A stretch of DNA of 64,000 bases from Vicinamibacterales bacterium (GTDB lineage Bacteria; Acidobacteriota; Vicinamibacteria; Vicinamibacterales; UBA8438): contig OZ242205.1 of assembly GCA_965206285.1 (NCBI GenBank), positions 4,564,478-4,628,477 on the forward strand. The letters are read 5' to 3'. Positions 27,731 through 36,796 of the stretch are shown piece by piece. Position 1 is the stretch's first letter. Each line of letters starts with the position of its first letter. A program made the position numbers and the translations under genes. The notes under the pieces are model-generated. The model saw only the letters and a program-made list of their open reading frames with translations. It did not search any database and had not been told where the DNA came from.

Positions 27731-27782
27731 ATGGATGCCGACCCCCGGCCGGGCCTGAGCCGCGAGGTCGTCGCGACGGAGC

Positions 27783-28511
27783 GTGATGCCTGAGAACGCC
27801 GGGTCCGGGACCGCGCGGTGGGTGGCGCTCCACTCGTACAACGTCCGCATCTGTCACTGGATCAACGTCGTCGCCGGGGGCTACCTGCTGTTGAGCGGCA
27901 TCCACATCTTTCTCGATTTTCCCGAGCTCTATTGGGGGCACACCGGCTACCAGGGTTATCCCGCGATATTCCGCCTCGCGGACTGGGGAATCTCCTGGGA
28001 CGAGGCGGGGGCGATGGGGGACCGCCGGTGGGGCCGGAACTACCACTTCACCTTCGCCTGGGTGTTTCTCGTCAACGGACTGGTCTACGCCGGGTGGAAC
28101 CTCGCGACCGGACGCTTTCGCGAGCGCCTGGTGCCGCGCCGGAACGAGCTCACCGCCGCGCATCTCGGGCGCGACCTCCGCGCGCATCTCCCCTGGCGCC
28201 TGCGCGCGCGCGCCTCGGCGACCCGTTACGGGGTGCTGCAGAAGGTGTCCTATCTGCTGCTGCTGGCCCTCTTCGTGCCGCTGATGACGCTGACCGGGCT
28301 CGCGCAGTCGCCCGGCTTCACGGCCGCGATGCCCTGGCTGCTCGACCTGTTCGGCGGCCGGCAGTCGGCGCGGACGCTGCACACCCTCGGCACCGTCGTG
28401 TTCGTCCTGTTCGTCGTCGTGCACGTGCTGGAAGTGGTGGCGGCCGGCGCCGTCAACCGCATCCGTTCGATGATCACCGGGAAGCTCCGGTTGCCCGTGG
28501 AGGAGTCATGA
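27783..28511 (+). CDS. membrane b-type cytochrome (cytochrome b561 / PhsC / YedZ-like haem subunit)
   Basis: 242-aa ORF. Four or five TM helices with conserved His (RICHWINV, YHFTFAWVF, TLHTLGTVVF..VVHVLE). ATGA overlap with the downstream Mo-enzyme gene. Confidence 0.7.
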   Translation: MMPENAGSGTARWVALHSYNVRICHWINVVAGGYLLLSGIHIFLDFPELYWGHTGYQGYPAIFRLADWGISWDEAGAMGDRRWGRNYHFTFAWVFLVNGLVYAGWNLATGRFRERLVPRRNELTAAHLGRDLRAHLPWRLRARASATRYGVLQKVSYLLLLALFVPLMTLTGLAQSPGFTAAMPWLLDLFGGRQSARTLHTLGTVVFVLFVVVHVLEVVAAGAVNRIRSMITGKLRLPVEES

Positions 28512-29296
28512 GCACACCGATGTCCACACCGCGGCGGACGATCCGCCCCCGGACCCTTTCGCGGCGCCGCCTGCTGGCGCACGTCCCCGCCCTCGGCGGG
28601 CTGCTGGCGGCCGGATGCTCCCGCGATGCCTACCTGCCGCCGCACGTCCGGGGCGGCCTGGTGGGCGCGGCCGACGTGCTGACCATGAGCACCAGCCGTC
28701 TGCTGCTCCGGGACCAGCCCCTGGCGCGCGAGTACCAGCCGAGCGACATCGCCCCCGACTTCCCGACCTGGGGGCAGACCAATCCCCGGGACGAGGAATA
28801 CCAGGCCCATTTGCGGGACGGGTTCCGCGACTGGCGCCTCCCGGTGAGCGGTCTCGTCGGCCGGCCGGTGTCGCTCTCGCTCGACGACATCCGGGGGCTG
28901 CCCGCGCGCACGCAGATCACCGCCCACGTCTGCGAGCAGGGCTGGTCGGCGATCGCCCAGTGGACCGGCGCGCCGCTGCTGCGGGTGCTCGAGGCGGCGG
29001 GCGGGGTGCAGCCGGGCGCGCGGTACGTGATGCTCGACACCGTCGACGGCTGGTACGAGGGCATCGACCTGTTCGAGGTCGTGCATCCGCAGACCATCCT
29101 CGCCTACGGCCTCAACGGCGAGGATCTGCCGGTCGGCAACGGCGCGCCGCTGCGGCTCCGGGTCGAGCGCCAGTGCGGGTACAAGAACCTGAAGTTCCTG
29201 AAGTCCATTCAGGTCGTGGACTCGATGGCCGGCTTCGGCCAGGGCACCGGCGGCATCAACTCCGACTGGGGATTCCACTGGTACGCCGGTGTCTAG
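28508..29296 (+). CDS. molybdopterin-dependent oxidoreductase, sulfite-oxidase fold (MsrP/YedY-like)
   Basis: Last 262 aa of ORF 27818..29296. A Tat-like SRRRLLAHVPALGGLLAAGCS, with a possible lipobox. Motifs TAHVCEQGWS, NGEDLPVGNGAPLRLRVERQCGYKNLKFL. Confidence 0.8.
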   Translation: MSTPMSTPRRTIRPRTLSRRRLLAHVPALGGLLAAGCSRDAYLPPHVRGGLVGAADVLTMSTSRLLLRDQPLAREYQPSDIAPDFPTWGQTNPRDEEYQAHLRDGFRDWRLPVSGLVGRPVSLSLDDIRGLPARTQITAHVCEQGWSAIAQWTGAPLLRVLEAAGGVQPGARYVMLDTVDGWYEGIDLFEVVHPQTILAYGLNGEDLPVGNGAPLRLRVERQCGYKNLKFLKSIQVVDSMAGFGQGTGGINSDWGFHWYAGV

Positions 29297-29298
29297 CC

Positions 29299-29400
29299 GT
29301 CTGCGCCGTAGTAGCAGTGGAAGCCGGGCAGGCTCCTGGCAGGGTTGGTTGGGGCGGTAAGCGGAGCCGCAAAGGCGGCGATTTCCGGGCCGGGAGTCCG
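29299..29400. repeat. dispersed-family repeat element
   Basis: GTCTGCGCCGTAG..GGCTCCTGGCAGGGTTGGTTGGGGCGGTAAGCGGAGCCGCAAAGGCGGCGATTTCCGGGCCGGGAGTCC. It is near-identical in module order to the reverse complement of 14515-14580. Confidence 0.8.
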
Positions 29401-29744
29401 TGGCAAGGGCCCCGTTGCATTCGACCGGCGCTGCGTCCTGCGTGGACCGCGTTGCTCCGCGGCTGCGTTGCTCGCGGTTGTCTGGCAACAGGCGCCCTTG
29501 CCACGCCGGCGCCTCACCGGCCTCGGTGCAACACGCGGTTTCCACCACGGGCTTCCAACGGTGGTCGCGGGGGGCTCAGGGGGCTCTCGTCCCGTCCGCC
29601 ACGCGTCGCGTGAGGGCTCTCGGGCCCGCCGTTTCCGGCCCGACCTCGCCCCGGTGAGTCCGGCGGAAGGCCGGCCGTACGTTGACGCTCGCACTGGCGA
29701 CCAAGTGCCGATAAGCTAGGGGACTGCCCGGTGGCGACGGAGCG

Positions 29745-29800
29745 GACTTCTGCAGGTTGGTTGGACGAAGAGGCGGAGCCCGAAGGCGGCGATTTCGGGC
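29745..29800. repeat. partial dispersed-family repeat
   Basis: CTGCAGGTTGGTTGGACGAAGAGGCGGAGCCCGAAGGCGGCGATTTCGGGC parallels 29335-29390. Confidence 0.7.
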
Positions 29801-29895
29801 TGGACAATTGCATGTACGACATGACATCGCGCGCGCCGGGACATCGATTCGGACCGTACCTGTCGAGGCCGCGGCTCGCGGCGGTCTGCCTGCGG

Positions 29896-32800
29896 ATGCG
29901 GATGCCCGCGATGGTCCTCGCCGGGGCGGCGCTCATCGCCCCGGCGGCGCCCGCGGTTGGACAGAGGTCTCCCACGGTGGTGGTCGCGCCGTTCACGAAC
30001 GTGAGCCGGCAACCCGCCGATGACTGGATCGGCGCGGGCATCGCCGAGACGATCGCCGTCGATCTGCAGGACGCGCCGGACTGGAGGTCGTCGGACACCT
30101 CGCCATCGCGCCGAAGCGTATCGGCTACCGCGGCGCCGCGAACGCCCCCGACCGCGCGGGCGTCCTCGACGCCTATCACCGACAGGGCGTCGTCTGGATG
30201 ATCGACGGCACCCTGCAGCGGTTGGGAGACGCCCTGCGCATCACCACCCGGATCGTGGACGTCGAGACCGGCGCGGTCGAGTTCGGCACTCGGGTCGACG
30301 GCGGGATAGCCGACATCTTCGGAATCCAGGACGAGGTCGCCTCGGTGCTCGCGGCACGGCTCTCGACGGGTGCGGGCGGCCGGTTCACCCCAAGTAGACG
30401 GCCCGCCCCGGACCGATTCGCCCCGGACCGGTTCGTTCCGGACCGGCCCGTGCCGAACCGACCCCCACCGGGGGTCCGGCCCGCGCCGAACCGGCCCCCA
30501 GCCGGGGTCCGGCCCGCGCCGGGGCCGGTGCCCCCGCGCTTCGTCGCCGCGGTTCCCCCCGCCGCGCCCGAGGCTCGGCCCGAGCGGCCCGTCAGCGGCG
30601 CGCTGGCCTTCGGCGGCGGTTCCGCCGTCCGGCCCGCGCCGGCCGGGGACGCCGCCCCGCGCCCGCCCGTCCGGGGAGGCGGGGGATTCGCCCCGGCCCT
30701 CCTGGGTCGTCCGACCGCGGTCATCGAACGGACCGTCACGCCGCCCGAGATCGACGGCCGGCTCGACGACTCGGTCTGGGAGACCGCCACCCACGTCACG
30801 AACTTCATCCAGATCGCGCCGATCGAGGGCGCGCCGGGGTCGGAGGAGACCGAGGTGTGGATGGCGTACGACAGCGAGAACCTCTACTTCGCCTTCTACG
30901 CCCACTACACGCGGCCCGAGACCATGCGCATCAACCGGGCCGACCGCGAGGAGATCCGCGGCGACGACCGCATGGCGGTCCTGTTCGACCCGTTCCTCGA
31001 CCAGCAGCGCGCGTATCAGTTCGAGGTGAACGGCTACGGCGTGCAGGCCGACTCGCTCGTGAACGCCGACGGCAGCAGAGGGTTCTCGCGGTCGAGCGGC
31101 AGCTCGTCGGCGACCCGCGGCAGCAGTGGCGGCGGCGGCTCGCGGGGCGGCGGCGGCAGCGGAATGGGCAGCTCGGGGCAGTTCGGCGTCCGCGGCGACC
31201 AGTCGTGGGACGCGCTGTACGACAGCGGCGGCCTGGTCGTCGCGGACGGCTGGACGGCCGAGATGCGCATTCCGTTCAAGAGCCTGCGGTATCCGTCGCG
31301 CGGCCGGGGCCAGCCGCACCGCTGGGGCTTCCAGATCATCCGGATCATCCGGGACAAGTCGGAAGCGCAGTCGTGGTCGCCGATCTCGCGGGGGGTGGCC
31401 GGTCAGCTCACGCAGTTCGGCGTGCTCGAGGGCCTGTCCGATCTGTCCCTGAGCCGCAACCTCGAGCTCCTGCCGGAGGTGACCGGGTTCAGGCTCGGTG
31501 CGCTCGACACCGGCACCGGCGAGTACGCCACCAACGACCCGGCCGGGGAGCTGGGATTCGGCGTCAAGTACGGGATCACCCCCAACCTGACCGCGGATTT
31601 CACCGTCAACCCCGACTTCTCCCAGATTGAGTCGGACCGGCCGCAGGTCGAGACCAACCAGCGGTTCGCGCTGTTCTATCCCGAGCAGCGCCCGTTCTTC
31701 CTCGAGGGGCAGGAGATCTTCCAGACCGCGACGCCGCTGACCCTGGTGCACACCCGCACCATCGTCGACCCCCGCTTCGGCGGCAAGCTGACCGGCAAGG
31801 TCGGCCAGGCCACGCTGGGGTTCGTCGTGGCCGACGACGAGGCGGCGGGCCGTCTCGACGACAGCGCCCACCCGCAGTACGGCACCACCGCGCAGACCGT
31901 CCTCGGACGCGCCCGCTACGACTTCTACGCCGAGTCGTATCTCGGCGCCATCATGACCACGCGCGCCAGTTCGGCGCCGACTACAACCGGGTGGCCGGGG
32001 TCGACGGGCGGTTCCGGTTGGGCCGGACCCACCGGATCAGCTTCCTCGCGGCGGGCTCCGAGACGGAGGACGGGGTCCTCGGCTCGCTCTCCGGGGGGGT
32101 GATCGAGGCGGACTTCTCGAAGCAGGGGCGCAACCTCAGCTACAACGTCGCCCACAGCCGCATCGATCCGGGGTTCCTCACCAACACCGGCTTCCTGCCG
32201 CGCGTCGACCTCCAGCAGACCAGCGGCACCGCGTCGTACCGGTGGTGGCCCGAGTCGACCCTCATGACCTGGGGCCCCTCGGTGACCTATCTGCGCCTCT
32301 ACGACCACGCCGGCGTGCTGCAGGACGAGCAGGTCCAGGGCACCGCGAGCTTCTCGTTCCGCAACAACATGGCCATCACCGGCATGGTCAACCGCGACCT
32401 CGAGCGCTACGGGGCGATGGACTTCCGCAAGACGGGCTTCGGCTTTTTCGGGGTCATGAGCGCGCGCCTCCTCTCGATATACGGCGGCTACAACTTCGGC
32501 GACGGCATCTTCTACGACCCGGACAGCCCCTACATCGGGCGATCGACCGTCGGCAACGTCAACTTCCGCTTCCAGCCCACGTCCCGGCTGCGGACGGAGT
32601 TCAACATGGTCTCGAGCGACTTCGTCGATCCGGTGGCCGAGGCCGACATCTTCAACGTCAGGATCTTCCGCACCCGCACCACCTACCAGTTCACCGACCG
32701 GCTGCTGGCGCGCTACATCCTGGAGCACAACACCGCGGCCGCGACCCTCGGCAACAACGTGCTCTTCACCTATCGGGTCAACGCCGGCACCGTCATCTTC

Positions 32801-32923
32801 ATCGGCTACGACGACCGCTACCGGCAGGGCATGCTGATCGACGACATGCTGTTCCCGACCGCCGAGCTGCTGCGGACGAACCGGGCCTTCTTCGGTAAGA
32901 TCTCGTATCTTTTCCGGTACTGA
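29896..32923 (+). pseudogene. large secreted/outer-membrane protein: TolB-N/LpoB-like domain, Pro-rich linker and CBM9-like/DUF5916 domain, interrupted by two 1-nt frame changes
   Basis: Frame 1 (29896 to about 30080): MRMPAMVLAGAALIAPAAPAVGQ..VVVAPFTNVSRQPADDWIGAGIAETIAVDLQDAP. Frame 0 (30081 to about 31966): LEVVGHLAIAPKRIGY..GVVWMIDGTLQRLGDALRITTRIVDVETG..PPEIDGRLDDSVWE..NPDFSQIESD.. Frame 2 (31967-32923): QFGADYNRVAGVDGRFRLG..ISYLFRY. Sense continues across both junctions only if 1 nt is restored at each. Confidence 0.7.
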
Positions 32924-33040
32924 CCTTCACGCCGTCCATCCACTATTCCAGGCCTGAAGCTCCGCGGCCGCCGATGTCCGCCGCCGTCAGCGGCATCGGC
33001 AGCAACCACCCGGCGGGCGCCGCCGCGCAGGGGAGGCCAA

Positions 33041-34228
33041 ATGAGCGAAACGGATCCCGGTATCACGCTCGGCATCGAGGAGGAGTTCTTCCTCGTCGAT
33101 CCGGAGTCGCGCGACCTGCTGTCCGATCCGGACCGGCGCATCTTCGAGGCGTGCGAACGCAACCGCGGGCCGCACAACGCGGTGCCCGAGTTTCTCCGCT
33201 CCCAGATCGAGACCGGCACGAAGGTCTGCCGGTCGGTGGCCGAGGTGCGGCAGGCCCTCCGGGAGACCCGCCGCCTCGTCATCGACGCGGCGGCGGAGCA
33301 CGGTGCGTCGGTCATGGCCGCTTCGACGCATCCGTTCGCGGCGTGGCGGGCGCAAATGGTCACGCCGCGGGAACGCTACGAGCGGTTCGCGGTCACCTTC
33401 CAGGAGAGCCTGCGGCGGCTCGTCGTCGGCGGCATGCACATCCACGCCGGCTTCGGCGACGCCGACTCGCGCATCCGGGTCATGACCGCGCTCCGGCGCT
33501 ACCTGCCGCTGCTGCACGCGCTGTCGACGTCGTCGCCGTTCACCGGCGGCCGCGAGACCGGGTTCAAGTCCTACCGGCTGACCATCATGGGGGCGATTCC
33601 GCGTACCAACCTGCCCGGCCCGCTGTCGTCCCAGGCCGATTTCGACCGCATCGTGGGAACCTATCAGCGCATGAAGTTCATCGAGAGCGCGAGCGAGCTT
33701 TGGTGGGACGTCCGCCCCTCGCAGGCCTTTCCCACCGTGGAGATGCGGATCTGCGACGTCTGCCCGCGCATCGACGACGCGGTGGGCATCGCGGCGCTCT
33801 ACGCGTGCCTGATCCGTCGCCTGATGCGGCTGGATCGCGAGGGCCGGCTGCCTGCAGAGCCGCCCACCGAGATCATCGCCGAGAACCGGTGGCTCGCGCA
33901 GCGCTACGGCGTGCTCGCTTTTTTCGGCGACGAGGGGAGCGACGGCCGCGTCGACATCGAGGACCACGCCGCCGCGCTGGTGGAGCAGTTGACCGATGAC
34001 GCCCGCGCCCTCGGCTGCGAGCCCGAGCTGCGCGGAGTGCTCGGCATCATCCGCGACGGCGCCGGCGCGGACCGTCAGATCGACCACTTCCGCCTTCGCC
34101 GGCTGGAAGGCGACACCGAGGAGGAGGCGTTGCGGTCCGTCGTCGATCTGGTGGTCGCCGAAACAGAGTTCCCCATTGCAAAAGGAATTACATCGTTCGA
34201 CTCAAGTCCGCCTATCGGAAGATTATGA
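33041..34228 (+). CDS. ybdK: carboxylate-amine ligase (glutamate-cysteine ligase family 2, YbdK-type)
   Basis: 395-aa ORF. TLGIEEEFFLVD, SQIETGT, GMHIHAG and WWDVRPS..PTVEMRICD match GCS2/YbdK blocks. Confidence 0.8.
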   Translation: MSETDPGITLGIEEEFFLVDPESRDLLSDPDRRIFEACERNRGPHNAVPEFLRSQIETGTKVCRSVAEVRQALRETRRLVIDAAAEHGASVMAASTHPFAAWRAQMVTPRERYERFAVTFQESLRRLVVGGMHIHAGFGDADSRIRVMTALRRYLPLLHALSTSSPFTGGRETGFKSYRLTIMGAIPRTNLPGPLSSQADFDRIVGTYQRMKFIESASELWWDVRPSQAFPTVEMRICDVCPRIDDAVGIAALYACLIRRLMRLDREGRLPAEPPTEIIAENRWLAQRYGVLAFFGDEGSDGRVDIEDHAAALVEQLTDDARALGCEPELRGVLGIIRDGAGADRQIDHFRLRRLEGDTEEEALRSVVDLVVAETEFPIAKGITSFDSSPPIGRL

Positions 34229-34244
34229 CGTGACGGACCACCTA

Positions 34245-34354
34245 GGAGTCTGCGCCGCAGGAAATTACCGCCCCCATATATAGCGGGGTTGGAACTCTAC
34301 GACTACCATATAGGGCCTGATCGCGCCCAAAAATCGTTCTGCGGCGCAGACTCC
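34245..34354. repeat. MITE-like element with perfect 16-bp terminal inverted repeats (archetype of the dispersed family)
   Basis: GGAGTCTGCGCCGCAG (34245-34260) and CTGCGGCGCAGACTCC (34339-34354) are exact reverse complements. The AT-richer core carries GAAATTACCGCC, GGGGTTGG and two CCATATA motifs. Confidence 0.85.
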
Positions 34355-34371
34355 GCACCGGGGGCCGAACC

Positions 34372-35124
34372 TTGAAGGTAGCACGATCTGTCGCCGCCGC
34401 GGGCGGGGGTGTGCGCGGCGGTGCCGAACGGCCCCTGGCCGGCGCGTCGTCCATCGGCGAGCTCAACGAACGGTCGCTGCACCGGGCCCTGAAGGCGCGC
34501 TACGCCGTCGCCGGCGGCGCGACCGAGCAGGCCGTCGACGGCTTCGTCGCCGACGTGGTCGCCGACGGCCGCATCGTCGAGGTCCACACCGGCAGCTTTC
34601 GGGCCCTCAAGCGCAAGCTGCCGCGACTGCTCGAGCGGTATCCGGTCACGCTGGTGTATCCGATCGCCCGCGACCGGTACATCGTCAAGGTGCCGGCCGA
34701 CCCGAACGCGCCTCCGAGCCGGCGCAAGTCGCCGAAGCACGGCTCGGTCTTCCAGGTCTTCTCGGCCCTCGCCAGTATTCCGGCCCTGCTCGCGCATCCC
34801 AACCTGACGCTGGAGGTCGTGATGACCGTCGAAGAGGAGGTCCGTGCGAAGAACGGGCGCGGCAGTTGGCGACGCCGCGGCTGGGCCATCCTGGACCGCC
34901 GGCTCGTGGACGTCGTCGAGACTTGCACCATCGCGTCGATGGCCGACCTGTTCGCTCTGGTCGACGCCGATGTGCCCGAGCCGTTCACGACCAGCGACCT
35001 CGCCGCCGCCATGAGCTCGCCGCGGCGCCTCGGCCAGCTGGCCGCGTTCTGCTTTCGCGAAGGCGGCGTCAGCGAGACCTGCGGCAGGAACGGCAACGCC
35101 CTGGTGTACCGGCGCGTTGATTGA
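34372..35124 (+). CDS. conserved hypothetical protein, possibly a PD-(D/E)XK-like nuclease fold
   Basis: 250-aa ORF. ELNERSLHRALKARY..VDGFVADVV..GRIVEVHTGSF..LKRKLPRLLERYPVTLVYPI..RRKSPKHG. The D..E-x-H/K-like arrangement is my inference only. Confidence 0.55.
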   Translation: MKVARSVAAAGGGVRGGAERPLAGASSIGELNERSLHRALKARYAVAGGATEQAVDGFVADVVADGRIVEVHTGSFRALKRKLPRLLERYPVTLVYPIARDRYIVKVPADPNAPPSRRKSPKHGSVFQVFSALASIPALLAHPNLTLEVVMTVEEEVRAKNGRGSWRRRGWAILDRRLVDVVETCTIASMADLFALVDADVPEPFTTSDLAAAMSSPRRLGQLAAFCFREGGVSETCGRNGNALVYRRVD

Positions 35125-35129
35125 ACCTC

Positions 35130-35376
35130 GCCTCGACGCCCAGCCGCCCCAGTCGCCTCCCGGTGGCGTCGGCGAGAATCTGCGGCAAGAACGGCAACGC
35201 TCTTGTGTACCGACGCGCCGGTTGACTTGGGACAGAGATCGATACAGTTTGCCCAGACTGCGCGCTGGCGCAGCCCGTTGTGCGGTTGGTGCGGTTGGCG
35301 CGCCTGGCACACGCACCCAAGTTGGTTTCCGTCAGCGTCCTGAGCTTGGCCTCGACGCCCAGCCGCCCCACTCGCC
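35130..35376. repeat. degenerate duplication of the 3-prime end of the preceding gene, plus a 28-nt direct repeat
   Basis: Gene end 35062-35124 (GGCGGCGTCAGCGAGACCTGCGGCAGGAACGGCAACGCCCTGGTGTACCGGCGCG) recurs, degenerate, at 35162-35226. GCCTCGACGCCCAGCCGCCCCA[G/C]TCGCC occurs at 35130-35158 and 35349-35376. TGCGGTTGG is doubled at 35281-35298. Confidence 0.75.
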
Positions 35377-35404
35377 GCCCGATTGCGAGTGATGCGACGG
35401 CCGG

Positions 35405-36412
35405 TCAGCGATGGCGATCGAGCCAGGCCCGCAGGCGCGCCGCCTCGTCGGCCGCCGAGGGGTCGCGTTCGACCTGGTGGAGCCGGGTCCGGACCACGAA
35501 CAGGTCCCACTCGCCCGGCCGCGTGTCGCGCTCGACGAGCTCCTGCACCTTGCGCGGGAAGAAGCTGCCCCAGTCGGGCCGGCGGCCGTCCACGTCGGTG
35601 AAGCTGTACTCCTTCGCCAGCCCCCAACTCGAGAACAGCCCGCCGCTCTTGACCGCCACGTTCGGGTCGGCGGCCAGCGCCGCCACCGCCCGCCCGACGT
35701 AGCACGGCGTCTCGGACTCGGCGAAGTAGGGGTCCTCCGCGATGGCGTCCCGCCAGTTGGCCTCGGTCACCCCACAGGCGTCGAGCACCGCCTCGGACCG
35801 CAGAAACCCCGGCGTGAGGGCCAGGGCCGTCACCCGGTGCGCGTGCAGGTCCGCCGCCATCGCGTAGGCGAGGCGGATGACCGCGTTCTTCGCCAGGTCG
35901 TAGAAGAGATTGCCGCGATACCCGAGGGTGTCGCCGTCGGTGACCTCGACGACGAGCCCGGCGTTCCGCTCGACCATCAGCGGCACGCCGTGCCGGCTCG
36001 TGATGATGTGGCTGTGGACCGCGCGCTCCAGGAGCTCGAGTCCCCGCACCGTGGAAAGCTCCCAGAAAGGCTTGACCCACTCGGTCAGCGCATCGCCGCC
36101 CCAGACGTCGTTGACCAGCACGTCCAGCCGGCCCTCTTCCGCGCGGACGCGTACGAACAGCCGCTCGACCTCGGCCTCGACGGTGTGGTCGGTCCGGACG
36201 GCGATGCCCCGCCCCCCCGCCGCGGTCACCAGCTCCGCCGTCTCCTCGATCGTCTCGGGCCGCCCCTCGGTGGCCGGGCGCCCCCGCACGCTGCGGCCGG
36301 TGCAGTAGACGGTGGCCCCTACCGCCCCGAGCATGCGGGCGATGCCCCGCCCGGCTCCGCGGGTGGCCCCGGCGACGACGGCGACCTGATTCAGGAGAGG
36401 CTGGCTGGACAT
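35405..36412 (-). CDS. short-chain dehydrogenase/reductase (SDR) family oxidoreductase
   Basis: 335-aa ORF. VAVVAGATRGAGRGIA (TGxxxGxG-like), NDVWGG and YDLAKNAV (YxxxK). Confidence 0.8.
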   Translation of the reverse strand: MSSQPLLNQVAVVAGATRGAGRGIARMLGAVGATVYCTGRSVRGRPATEGRPETIEETAELVTAAGGRGIAVRTDHTVEAEVERLFVRVRAEEGRLDVLVNDVWGGDALTEWVKPFWELSTVRGLELLERAVHSHIITSRHGVPLMVERNAGLVVEVTDGDTLGYRGNLFYDLAKNAVIRLAYAMAADLHAHRVTALALTPGFLRSEAVLDACGVTEANWRDAIAEDPYFAESETPCYVGRAVAALAADPNVAVKSGGLFSSWGLAKEYSFTDVDGRRPDWGSFFPRKVQELVERDTRPGEWDLFVVRTRLHQVERDPSAADEAARLRAWLDRHR

Positions 36413-36455
36413 CGGGCTCCTTCGGGTTCGGCTCGTTCAGTCCGACGATTCTACG

Positions 36456-36752
36456 GTGAAGGCGCCTGCTCTCGTCGAGCTGGATGCTCCATCGACACGA
36501 ACCCCTCGTACTCCGGGACGTGGACTGGTTCCTGTCCACGTTCGACGTCCTCAAGGACGGCCCCGCCGTCACCCGCGCGCTGACGGCCTTGTGTCGCGAG
36601 GTTCGGTGGCCGGGCGTCAGATCCACGATGCGAACATCGTGGCCACCATGCTCGCGCACGGCGAACGGCGCCTGCTTGTGTTCGACGATGGCGACTTTCG
36701 GCGATACGGCGACCGCATCGAGTTGATCGATCCAACGATGATGCCGGAGTGA
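36456..36752 (+). pseudogene. PIN-domain (VapC-like) gene remnant, frameshifted and lacking an N-terminus
   Basis: One frame reads FDVLKDGPAVTRALTALCREV. Another frame reads GRQIHDANIVATMLAHGERRLLVFDDGDFRRYGDRIELIDP, a typical PIN C-terminus. No intact start or first acidic motif was found. Confidence 0.45.
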
Positions 36753-36796
36753 ACGGTTGCGCTCGCCGGTCGCGCGAAGGGTGGTTCCCCGTCCGG

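Noticed and set aside
27475-27782. T-box riboswitch as the his leader mechanism. GAGGTAGCGCG at ~27612-27622 (minus strand) loosely resembles the T-box core GGUGGUACCGCG.
   Set aside because: The leader from the predicted start to the terminator is only ~150 nt. I could not find a Stem I with a specifier loop or the other conserved boxes, and the resemblance is partial. It is kept only as an alternative to be excluded with an Rfam scan.
29401-29503. 10-bp inverted repeat TGGCAAGGGC / GCCCTTGCCA enclosing a doubled GCGTTGCTC[C]GCGG, as a possible structured RNA in the 600-bp spacer before the DUF5916-type gene.
   Set aside because: I saw the pairing but could not relate it to any known RNA class or show covariation. 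It is probably another variant of the dispersed repeats, so I did not report it as a feature.
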